DNA from: an uncultured Duncaniella sp.
GTDB taxonomy: Bacteria > Bacteroidota > Bacteroidia > Bacteroidales > Muribaculaceae
Length of the DNA stretch: 64,000 bases
Direction of reading: 5' to 3'
NCBI GenBank assembly: GCA_910584825.1
Contig: CAJUCI010000005.1
Location: 53,055-117,054 of the forward strand
This document shows positions 14,201-21,620 of the stretch, in pieces. The notes under the pieces are model-generated. The model searched no databases. It worked only from the letters and a program-made list of their open reading frames with translations, and had not been told where the DNA came from. The translations under genes and the position numbers were made by a program. Within the stretch, counting starts at the first letter, position 1. Each line of letters starts with the position of its first letter.

Positions 14201-14784
14201 GCCTGCGCTGGAAGCAGGTGCGTGTATCGGCCAACTTTGCCTACAGCCTTGGAGCCAAGACCCGTCTCTTCGGTATGTACAGCTCGGGTGGCAAAGGTGA
14301 AGAAGGCGGCGGTGTATATATGAGACCTGCCGAGATATGGCCCGTCAACAATCTCTCGCGCGATTATCTCGACCGCTGGATGAAGCCGGGCGACGAGCTT
14401 CACACCAATATCCCCGCCATTATCGGCAAGGGGCATCCCTCCTACCTTGATTACAGCAACCACTGGAGCACAACCGCTAAGGCACAAACTATGGGAATAC
14501 AGGAGATAGCCAACAGCTATTGGGACATGTATGACTACAGCGATGTCCGCGTTGTCAGTGCCGATTATCTCAAACTCTCGAGCGTGAATGCTTCCTACGA
14601 GTTCCCCATGAAGTGGATTGCCGGTTTCGGTCTCAGCCGTCTCGAGCTGCACGTTTCCGCCAACAACCTCCACACCTGGTGTGACAAGGCTCTCAAGGGC
14701 CAGACCCCGACGCAGGGCGGATTTACCACCATCCAGCTCTCTGACCGTCCAAGCTACTCGTTTGGTCTCAATGTATCATTCTAA
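11203..14784 (+). CDS. SusC/RagA TonB-dependent transporter with N-terminal STN-like signalling extension
   Basis: LDDVVVTGY, IRIRGTSS, EPLWVVDG, LKDASATALYG, NPDLKWEKT, C-terminal F. Confidence 0.96.
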   Translation: MRKLIALMLSVAISFFSYAAMAASSPDSGVTLDCVNQSADMVLKEIEKQSGLNIVYKSETAAKWPKITLKMSAPARQVIETVAARLGEPYKINGNIVTIGEETAPKAAGINGVVMDAMGEPLAGASVWLKDSPRTATATDLNGMFTLPTKGKKNPTLVFSFIGMKRTEATWKGKPLTIYLEDDTNVLDDVVVTGYQVIDKRASTSAITSIKAEDIIRPDALSIDQMLEGQVPDLMYMSNSGEAGVAPKIRIRGTSSIIGNREPLWVVDGIVVNDPVEISAEDLNDPDYVNRIGNAIAGLNPQDIERLDILKDASATALYGTKAANGVIVITTKRGKEGKPTIRYNNNFTWKRRPRYTDNSVDVMSSKERIQLSRELAADHYQYNNRASMVGYEGLIQKLYMGEITDEQFTQQVSYLETLNTDWFDLLTHDSFSQQHTASLSGGGERGTYYASVGFVDNDDVVKGTKNKRYSAVVNLDVNFAPWLQGSFGVKGNVSDREYYMNAIAPVEYAYSTSRAVPAFDENGEYYYYGKYKRFNHPHNYNILNELDNSGQKQDQSSYTFDANLRFRFTDWLTANAILSYTTASTDIEGLWGDKTWKAAEWRNSEYGERPGDKSVMPQGGQIKKSNTRQRSWTARFQIDWNKYFNDEMHNFSGGIGFEASQNRYKGYSRTDRGYYPDRGMSFVENIDLDNYPEYKAWIAGNVPSLRDSKSNVISAYATASYNWRRLIFLNANMRIDGSNNFGDRSNDKILPIWSVSASFDAAQLDFFKQQTWINQLTFKGSYGFQGNMLSDQYPVMIIQKNPMNDYFGEFTSSVTKNPNPDLKWEKTNSVNLGFVLSTLNNRLQVEGDFYWKRTKDAFMTKNISTVNGYESYIVNGGNIKNTGYSINITGRPIQTHDWQMSVTGSFSRVINSIETLPAGESYNLSDFLNGSAVVKGQPVGTFYSYRFIGLNPLDGGPMFDDGYDHLKDYVGLNKYDTYTNVLVASGSREPYMSGSFTASLRWKQVRVSANFAYSLGAKTRLFGMYSSGGKGEEGGGVYMRPAEIWPVNNLSRDYLDRWMKPGDELHTNIPAIIGKGHPSYLDYSNHWSTTAKAQTMGIQEIANSYWDMYDYSDVRVVSADYLKLSSVNASYEFPMKWIAGFGLSRLELHVSANNLHTWCDKALKGQTPTQGGFTTIQLSDRPSYSFGLNVSF

Positions 14785-14796
14785 TCAGGATTTACG

Positions 14797-16392
14797 ATGA
14801 AAACATTCAAGAAAATATTAAATACTTTTGTCATCACTTCGGTGATGGCAATCTCAGGCACCTCCTGCTCTGACTTCCTGGAGGAATACTCTCAGGACCT
14901 TGCCAAGGTAGAGGGCTGGAATGACCTGGACGAGCTTCTGCTCGGTGACGCTTATTTCCCGCCGGCAATGCTCACCGACAATAATGGAAACCTCGACATC
15001 ATCCACTTCATGGGTGACGAGATTGTGCCTAATATCGATTATGATGCCGGCACAGGCGGATATGGTTACACGTATCTTGATGATATGTTTGCCTTCTACA
15101 CCTGGATGCCCGACACCGGCGTCAACAAGCTCCGCGAATATAAGGGCGGTGACGCCGAGTATTGGAACGACCTCTACAAGCGCATCAACGTCTGCAATAT
15201 GGTGCTCGAACTCATTGACGAGCAGCCCGAGTATCACAGTGATGATGCTATCCAGAAGACGCGTGTCAAGGGCGAGGCTCATTTCCTCCGCGCAGCGTTC
15301 TATTATTTCCTCGTCAACCTCTACGGCAAGCCTTACGCTCCCGCTACCGCCGACTCCGACCTTGGCGTGCCTGTGAAGCTCACCGGCTCCATCGAGGATG
15401 TCGAGTTCAGCCGATTCACTCTTAATGAGACATATGCCCAGATTCTCGCTGACCTTGAGGCTGCCGAGGAGTGCCTGTCGCAGACTCAGCGCAAGTCGGT
15501 CTATCGCGCCGACATCCTTGCCGCATATCTGCTGCACAGCCGCGTATGCCTCTATATGCAGAACTGGAATGACGCTGCACTGTATGCCGAGAAAGTTATG
15601 AGTGGCGATTGCCGTCTGCTCAATCTTGTGTCCAAGTCTAATGGCGACGACTGCATCTACGCTACATCACCCGAGACCATATTCTCATCCGGCGGTTATG
15701 CCATCGCTGCCGCGTTTGCTGATTTTTACAGCAACTACTGGGATATGGAATATGAACCGTCGTTCTACCTGTCAGACGACATGGTGTCACTCTATGCCGA
15801 TAACGATTTGCGCAAGGGCCGTTATGTAGGCACGAGCGAAGTGCTTGAGCTTGACAATGTGTTCCGTAAGGTCAACGGTCAGCAGAGCAAGGCGTCGTCA
15901 TACTGCACCGTGTCGAGCCAGTTGCTGTTGCGCCTGCCTGAGGCTTATCTCAATTATGCCGAGGCTATGGCATATATGGGCAAGGACTCGGAGGCATGCA
16001 AGAAACTTGACGAATTCCTCAAGACCCGTATGCTCGATGCCGACCCTGTAAGCCTCAGCGGTAATGACCTTATCGACTTTATCCGCGAGGAGCGCGCACG
16101 CGAATTCCTCGTCGAGGGTCACCGTTGGTTTGACCTCCGCCGCTACACAGTGTGCGAGCCTTATCCTTGGTCCAAGACTATCGCGCATGAGTTCCCGTTC
16201 TATAATACGAACACCTTTGAAACGGATTATGTGGAGTGTTTTGTGCTTGAGAAGAACGACCCGGCATACACGCTGCCCATCCCGCGTGCCATCCGTAATT
16301 TCCAGATATCTATAGGCAATAATCTCCGTCCCGAGCGTCCTTCCACAAAATATGTGCCTGAAAAGGATGACGACGATGATGACTGGTGGTGA
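14797..16392 (+). CDS. SusD/RagB lipoprotein
   Basis: TSCSDFLEE lipobox, GEAHFLRA, LRLPEAYLNYAEA, ERAREFLVEGHRWFDLRR, YTLPIP. Confidence 0.95.
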   Translation: MKTFKKILNTFVITSVMAISGTSCSDFLEEYSQDLAKVEGWNDLDELLLGDAYFPPAMLTDNNGNLDIIHFMGDEIVPNIDYDAGTGGYGYTYLDDMFAFYTWMPDTGVNKLREYKGGDAEYWNDLYKRINVCNMVLELIDEQPEYHSDDAIQKTRVKGEAHFLRAAFYYFLVNLYGKPYAPATADSDLGVPVKLTGSIEDVEFSRFTLNETYAQILADLEAAEECLSQTQRKSVYRADILAAYLLHSRVCLYMQNWNDAALYAEKVMSGDCRLLNLVSKSNGDDCIYATSPETIFSSGGYAIAAAFADFYSNYWDMEYEPSFYLSDDMVSLYADNDLRKGRYVGTSEVLELDNVFRKVNGQQSKASSYCTVSSQLLLRLPEAYLNYAEAMAYMGKDSEACKKLDEFLKTRMLDADPVSLSGNDLIDFIREERAREFLVEGHRWFDLRRYTVCEPYPWSKTIAHEFPFYNTNTFETDYVECFVLEKNDPAYTLPIPRAIRNFQISIGNNLRPERPSTKYVPEKDDDDDDWW

Positions 16393-16426
16393 TAATCATA
16401 CTGTTGATTTTTAATATCTGAATTAT

Positions 16427-17344
16427 ATGAAAAAACTTATTATATACAGCCTCGCGCTTATTGCCGGCATGCAGTTCACATCCTGCAAGGACGATGAGGT
16501 GTTGACCCCGAGTAATACCAACGACCTCCTCTTTGCCGTGCCCGCCGACGCTACCGGCCCTGAGGCAGACCTGCGCCGCGAGTTCTACAAGAATACGGGC
16601 ATACATCTGATTTTTGATGAGGTGCTTCGTTCTGAGGTTGTAGGCAAAGATTCGCAGGGCAATGATATCGTTAAGAATGAGACTGTCGATTTCGCATGGA
16701 ATATTAACAACTATGATGATTTTCTCGACTATGAGGGCGGTTATATTACCGATATTGATGACCAACGCAAGGCAGCCGACCTGTTTATGAAATATGTGCT
16801 TCCCCATATCAAGGGGTCTTCAATGTCGCCGTACTCGGTGCTGCTCTTCAACGGGCTTGAAGTATATGATAGCTACGATTATGAATACTATACGGCCTAT
16901 ACTCTTCCGTGTGTGTGTTGCCTTGGCGTGAATGTTGCGGGATGGATTGAGGCCGAGACCGATGAGGAAATCTCGATGTACACGGCTGAGTTGTGCAAGT
17001 CGCTTGTAAAAGCCAAGTTCAACTTCAAGAGTTCTGTGGCCGAACCGTTTACGGATCTCTCCTATGAGTATAGCGGAGAATACATCAGCGATTATGAGGA
17101 GGACTGGGACCGTAGCGACATGAGCATGGTCTATTCCTACGGTTACATCACATATAATAAACACAGGTCGAAAGTGACCCGTGACAGATTCCCATATGCC
17201 GATGACGATTTCGATGATTTCTTCAATGCGATTTTTGACCGCACACGTGAGGACTTCGAGGCTGAATTCGGTGAGTATCCGGCGGTAATGGAGAAATACA
17301 ATATTATGTATTCGCTTATCGAACAGACAGGTTATAAATTCTAA
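16427..17344 (+). CDS. Acidic SusD-adjacent lipoprotein, possibly a degenerate homolog of the putative zinc-metallopeptidase (Peptidase_Mx1-like) family
   Basis: FTSCKDDE lipobox; REFYKNTGIHLIF and C-terminal EYPAVMEKYNIM...GYKF resemble that family; no HExxH. Confidence 0.55.
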   Translation: MKKLIIYSLALIAGMQFTSCKDDEVLTPSNTNDLLFAVPADATGPEADLRREFYKNTGIHLIFDEVLRSEVVGKDSQGNDIVKNETVDFAWNINNYDDFLDYEGGYITDIDDQRKAADLFMKYVLPHIKGSSMSPYSVLLFNGLEVYDSYDYEYYTAYTLPCVCCLGVNVAGWIEAETDEEISMYTAELCKSLVKAKFNFKSSVAEPFTDLSYEYSGEYISDYEEDWDRSDMSMVYSYGYITYNKHRSKVTRDRFPYADDDFDDFFNAIFDRTREDFEAEFGEYPAVMEKYNIMYSLIEQTGYKF

Positions 17345-17359
17345 ACGACTGATTATCTT

Positions 17360-18094
17360 ATGAAAAAAATTATATATTACCTGCTTCTTCCGCTCGTGGC
17401 TTTGGCCGTGAGTGCCTGTGGCGATGATGATGACAATCTGCCTGAGGTGAAGCCCGCTGACCGCGGCACCGTAACCGATGACGAGGGCAATGTCTATGAA
17501 TGGGTACGCATCGGCGACCTGCTCTGGACCACCACAAATGCCAATAATGGCCCTGATGTATGGGATTTCGATTATTATGACGGTTCCTCATGGCAGCCTA
17601 CGTATAGCGACTCGTATGGCAGGGTACCCAGTTCACGTAAGAAATATATGAACAATACCTACCGTCCCAAATATGGCAATCAGATGAACTATGCCAATGC
17701 TGTTGCCTCTGCTCCCGAAGGCTGGAGACTTCCGTCAGATGAGGACTGGAAGAATCTTGAGCGTTGCCTCGGCATGACCGACGTAGACAATATCGGTGCC
17801 CGTGGCGACGGCCAGGCCTTCCGCATGCAGGAGGGTGAGGGCGGTACCGAACTCGCTCTTCTCCCCGGTGGTGCTTTCATCTTTGAGCCCATATACGGAT
17901 GGATTGAGCTTAATATCCGTTTTGAGGAGGTATATGGCTACTACTGGACCTCGACACTCGACCCGAGCTACATTGATGAGGAGACTGCCTACTTCCGCAA
18001 GTTCCTCGTCGGCCAGGGTCAGGTGTGGCGCGAACGCACATCGGGCCAGCAGTGCATGTCGGTGCGCTGGTGTCGCGATGCATCATCAAATTGA
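17360..18094 (+). CDS. FISUMP (Fibrobacter succinogenes major paralogous domain) lipoprotein
   Basis: SAC lipobox; GTVTDDEGNVYEWVRIGDLLW, KYG, PEGWRLPSDEDW, GYYWTST, SVRWCRD. Confidence 0.85.
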   Translation: MKKIIYYLLLPLVALAVSACGDDDDNLPEVKPADRGTVTDDEGNVYEWVRIGDLLWTTTNANNGPDVWDFDYYDGSSWQPTYSDSYGRVPSSRKKYMNNTYRPKYGNQMNYANAVASAPEGWRLPSDEDWKNLERCLGMTDVDNIGARGDGQAFRMQEGEGGTELALLPGGAFIFEPIYGWIELNIRFEEVYGYYWTSTLDPSYIDEETAYFRKFLVGQGQVWRERTSGQQCMSVRWCRDASSN

Positions 18095-18120
18095 TTGATA
18101 AGTAATTGAAATTGGATAGC

Positions 18121-18178
18121 AAGGACATAAGTTACACATAGACAACGTTCTTTTTTGTGACTTATGTCCTTCCTTTTT
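18121..18178 (+). terminator. Hairpin with U-rich tail, related to the ACATAAG palindrome family
   Basis: aaggacataagttaca (18121-18136) / tgtgacttatgtcctt (18156-18171), followed by cctttttt. Confidence 0.55.
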
Positions 18179-18210
18179 TCGGAAAAAACGGACAAATTAT
18201 CATTGTAATT

Positions 18211-19392
18211 ATGAAACATATTCTAAGACCCCTCACCCTTGCCCTTGCCTCGGCGTTTGCGTCGTCGGCTGTGGCAGGTGACGGATTTACCATCACCGGC
18301 AATATTCCCGGTGTGACCGACTCGGTAAGGGTGGTGCTTCTGACCGCCGAGCGCGAACAGGCCGAAAAGATTGCCGAGACATTCACAACCGATGGCCGCT
18401 TCACACTCTCCGACACTGTGAAGATGCCGCAGATATGCAAGCTCGCCATACAGCCGCGCAGCAAGCGTGGCGGATTTCGCTCGGCCACCATGCCGCGCCT
18501 GATGGTTGAAAACACCGATATTAATGTGTCGCTGCTCCTGCCGATTGACAGCTTGGCCGAATCATATCTCCCCGAGACCCTCGTGGCCGTCGAGGGTAGC
18601 GAGGCCCACCGCCAGTTTGCCGAGTATATTGCGGCATGCGGTGAAGCAGAGGTCAAGGCCAAGAAGGCAGGTTACGAGAGTGCCAAAAAGTATTTCGATA
18701 CCAACGACGACCCCGACACTATGGCCGTATATGAGGCTCTTGAGAAGAAGGCCGAGGCTGAGTTTTACGCTCAGCGCATGAAGTTTGTGGCCGAGCATCC
18801 GGCATACCATATCTCATCGGCTCTCGTGTTCAAGGAGCTGATGGACATATTCAAGCATAGCGATGATGAGCTTACGGCTATGGTCGAGACGGTACGCGTG
18901 TGCCCTGACACTGCCCGCGTCAGCCTCAATGACCGTGTCCTTGCCTGGAGCCGTCAGTACAGCCTCGACCGCAAGTATCCCGACTTTGCCGTCGATAATG
19001 TCAAGGGGGAGCCTGTGAGACTCTCGCAGTTCGTTACCCCCGGCAAATATACATTCGTGGACTTTTGGGCCTCATGGTGCGGCCCGTGCCGTGCGGCCAT
19101 CCCGCATGTGCGCAAGCTCCGCGAGCAGTATGCCGACAAGATGGAGGTGCTGAGCATCTCGTGTGACGAGGACGCGGATGCCTGGAACCAGGCCATGATG
19201 CATGAGAAGATGGAGTGGACTCAGCTGCGCCTCAATCCCACTCAGCTTGCCGAGGCCGGCCGGCTCTACAGCCTCTCGGCTATCCCCCGTCTCATCCTCA
19301 TCGACCCGATGGGGCGCATAGTCTGCTCGACCAACCTCCCCAAGGAAATCGACGCATATCTTGAGGCGAACATCCCCTCTCAGAAAAACTGA
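18211..19392 (+). CDS. TlpA-family thiol-disulfide oxidoreductase with DUF4369-like N-terminus
   Basis: Signal peptide; FTITGNI; DFWASWCGPCRAAIP; IPRLILIDP. Confidence 0.9.
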   Translation: MKHILRPLTLALASAFASSAVAGDGFTITGNIPGVTDSVRVVLLTAEREQAEKIAETFTTDGRFTLSDTVKMPQICKLAIQPRSKRGGFRSATMPRLMVENTDINVSLLLPIDSLAESYLPETLVAVEGSEAHRQFAEYIAACGEAEVKAKKAGYESAKKYFDTNDDPDTMAVYEALEKKAEAEFYAQRMKFVAEHPAYHISSALVFKELMDIFKHSDDELTAMVETVRVCPDTARVSLNDRVLAWSRQYSLDRKYPDFAVDNVKGEPVRLSQFVTPGKYTFVDFWASWCGPCRAAIPHVRKLREQYADKMEVLSISCDEDADAWNQAMMHEKMEWTQLRLNPTQLAEAGRLYSLSAIPRLILIDPMGRIVCSTNLPKEIDAYLEANIPSQKN

Positions 19393-19420
19393 TATTGTTT
19401 TCCGAAAAACTATTATTATC

Positions 19421-20599
19421 ATGAAACGAATCATAGCATTATCAGCCTTAGGTCTGCTCGCCTCGATGGCCGTGGAGGCTCAGGAATCATTCACCATCAC
19501 GGGCAATGTGCCGGGTATCACGCCCGGTTACACCGTGGAACTCGTCAACAGGGACGCGGGTACGCGGGACAGCTGGCGCAAGGTCGAAGGCAAGGCCACC
19601 GATGGCGGCTTCACAATCACCGGCAGCGTGGAGATGCCCACACTCTGCGAGATACGCATTGACTCTAACAGCGAAGGCTCGATGGACCGCATTATCGACG
19701 TGATGGTCGAGAATCTGCCCATTGAAATCTCGGTGGCGCATGTCGACAGCCTCGCCCCCTCATTCTTCACCGGCGCAGGCGGACTGTATCAGAAGCGCAA
19801 TGTCACAGTCAATGCCGGTGAGGCCCAGCGCGAGTATGAGCAGTATTTCGAGGCCATGTTCCCCTATGAGGAGGCCGCCAAGCAGGCTCACTATAACCTC
19901 TATTGGGATGACAAGGCTAAAAAAACGGATGAGGAAGAGGCTCGACTGAAAAAGGCTTACGATAAGGCCGGCGAGGCTCTTGACAGCGCGAGGACCAGGT
20001 TTATGAACGATTACCCCGCCTATCACATCAGCGCGATGCAGTGGCAGCGTGTGCTCGGCGACCCGTTTGTCTATACCAACGAGGAGCTTGACGGCATCTG
20101 GAGCAAGGTGAGTGCCAACACATCGCCAGCCCGCCGCGAGGCCCTTGCCCGTGTGATAGAGGGTGCGCGCAAGCATGTGCGCGGTCAGAAATACACCGAT
20201 TTCTCGGCAGTCGACCCTGACGGCGTGGAGCATAAGCTCTCTGATTATATGGGTGACGGGCATTACACGATGATCGACTTCTGGGCCTCGTGGTGCGGAC
20301 CGTGTCGCGCGGCTATCCCCCACGTGCGCGAGCTTCACAAGAAGTATGGCGACCGCCTTGCCATCTGCGCCGTGAGCGTGGACGAGGAGGATGCCGCATG
20401 GCGTAAGGCTATGGAGCAGGAGAAGATGGACTGGACCCAGCTCCGTGTGCCCCGCGAGGGATTCAGGGACATAACCCGCGCATACAATTTCAGCGGCATT
20501 CCCTTCATGGTGCTTATCAATCCCGAGGGTCATATAGTATTTGCCGGCCACGACCCCGTCAAAGTCTCGGCAATCCTCTCTGAGGCTCTTGGGGAATAA
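19421..20599 (+). CDS. TlpA-family thiol-disulfide oxidoreductase with DUF4369-like N-terminus (paralog)
   Basis: Signal peptide; DFWASWCGPCRAAIPHVR identical to the preceding gene; IPFMVLINPEG. Confidence 0.9.
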   Translation: MKRIIALSALGLLASMAVEAQESFTITGNVPGITPGYTVELVNRDAGTRDSWRKVEGKATDGGFTITGSVEMPTLCEIRIDSNSEGSMDRIIDVMVENLPIEISVAHVDSLAPSFFTGAGGLYQKRNVTVNAGEAQREYEQYFEAMFPYEEAAKQAHYNLYWDDKAKKTDEEEARLKKAYDKAGEALDSARTRFMNDYPAYHISAMQWQRVLGDPFVYTNEELDGIWSKVSANTSPARREALARVIEGARKHVRGQKYTDFSAVDPDGVEHKLSDYMGDGHYTMIDFWASWCGPCRAAIPHVRELHKKYGDRLAICAVSVDEEDAAWRKAMEQEKMDWTQLRVPREGFRDITRAYNFSGIPFMVLINPEGHIVFAGHDPVKVSAILSEALGE

Positions 20600-20611
20600 T
20601 CCCGTATCGAA

Positions 20612-20733
20612 AAAGGTACATAAGGACATAAGGAACAAAAGCGACATAAGTAATATAATTTATTGGTTGTCAGAGATTATCCAATAATAAAAAACTTATG
20701 TCGCTTTTGTCCCTTATGTTCTTATGTGCCTTT
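20612..20733. repeat. Palindromic element with 40-bp arms built from ACA(T/A)AAG units (copy 1)
   Basis: Arms 20612-20651 and 20694-20733 are reverse complements with 3 mismatches. Confidence 0.85.
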
Positions 20734-20734
20734 C

Positions 20735-20765
20735 TTTGATATTGACGGATAAATGCATAACTTTG
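20735..20765 (+). promoter_or_regulatory. Bacteroidetes promoter (-33 TTTG, -7 TAACTTTG)
   Basis: TTTG at 20735-20738, 19-nt spacer, TAACTTTG at 20758-20765. Confidence 0.65.
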
Positions 20766-20785
20766 TAACACAAATAAATCCTGCC

Positions 20786-21499
20786 ATGAAAAAGATTCTG
20801 ACTCTCTTTGCCGCCTTGGCCGTAGGCATGACTATGCGTGCCGAGGTGGTGCCCACCGATAACGGTGCGAAAATCACAGTAGACACACTCACCACCGAAG
20901 TCATAGTGCAGTCCCCCTCGACGGTAAGGGTGCTGAAATATATCGGCCAACGCCCCGAGTTGCATAAATCGTGCGTCACACATCCCGCGCTCGACCGTGA
21001 GCTGAAGCGCGAGGCCGGTAACGGTAAATACAAGATTGATGCCGGAGAGTATTACGTCGCGCTCAACGAGAAAGACGGCAACGTGTCATTCTGGAGCCAT
21101 GACGGCAATCTCATCATGGCCGAGCAGCACCGCTCTGCCTCGCTTACCCCTGTGGCCGGTGAGGCCGGGGGTGAACGCCGTTACGTGGCGCGTCAGGATT
21201 TCCAGATAGGGCGTTCGGGAGCCGACACCATCACCTGCCCTGCTGCCACCGCCCCGCGCCTCAATCTCAAAGGACGCCGTGCCGAGTTTGGCAACGCCTC
21301 TGACGGCCTCCCCATCCCGTATATCACCACCGAAAAGGGCTACGGCGTGATGTGGAAAGTCCCTGGCCCCGGTCGCATGGACGACACCCCCGGCCGTCAG
21401 GTCAAGAAGCCCGGCGACGTGACCTTCACCTCCGACACCGCCCCCTGCATCGACTACTATTTCATCTACCCCGCCCCCTCCACCATCGAAGTGCATTAG
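20786..21499 (+). CDS. Secreted protein resembling the N-terminal (DUF4968/GH31_N) region of GH31 alpha-xylosidases, with no catalytic barrel
   Basis: Signal peptide; SPSTVRVLKY, IPYITTEKGYGVMW, FTSDTAPCIDYYFIY, then stop. Confidence 0.6.
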   Translation: MKKILTLFAALAVGMTMRAEVVPTDNGAKITVDTLTTEVIVQSPSTVRVLKYIGQRPELHKSCVTHPALDRELKREAGNGKYKIDAGEYYVALNEKDGNVSFWSHDGNLIMAEQHRSASLTPVAGEAGGERRYVARQDFQIGRSGADTITCPAATAPRLNLKGRRAEFGNASDGLPIPYITTEKGYGVMWKVPGPGRMDDTPGRQVKKPGDVTFTSDTAPCIDYYFIYPAPSTIEVH

Positions 21500-21535
21500 A
21501 GGTGGGGGACTTGTGGTTTAGAAAGCCAAAAAGTA

Positions 21536-21598
21536 AAAAAGTTAAGATAATAGATGCGGACTCTTAAAGAGCGACCGCGTCTATTATCTTAACTTTTT
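21536..21598. terminator. Bidirectional intrinsic terminator between convergent genes
   Basis: 24-bp arms aaaaagttaagataatagatgcgg / ccgcgtctattatcttaacttttt. Confidence 0.8.
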
Positions 21599-21620
21599 AA
21601 ACTTTAAAAACTCCTTAGAC

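Noticed and set aside
19760..20647. 295-aa antisense ORF (also 10430-11161, 14854-15537, 30854-31540)
   Set aside because: These are shadow ORFs opposite well-supported genes, expected from GC-rich codon bias, with no recognisable motifs.
20612..20733. Possible CRISPR-like array
   Set aside because: The repeats are inverted arms, not direct repeats with unique spacers, and there are no cas genes in the window.
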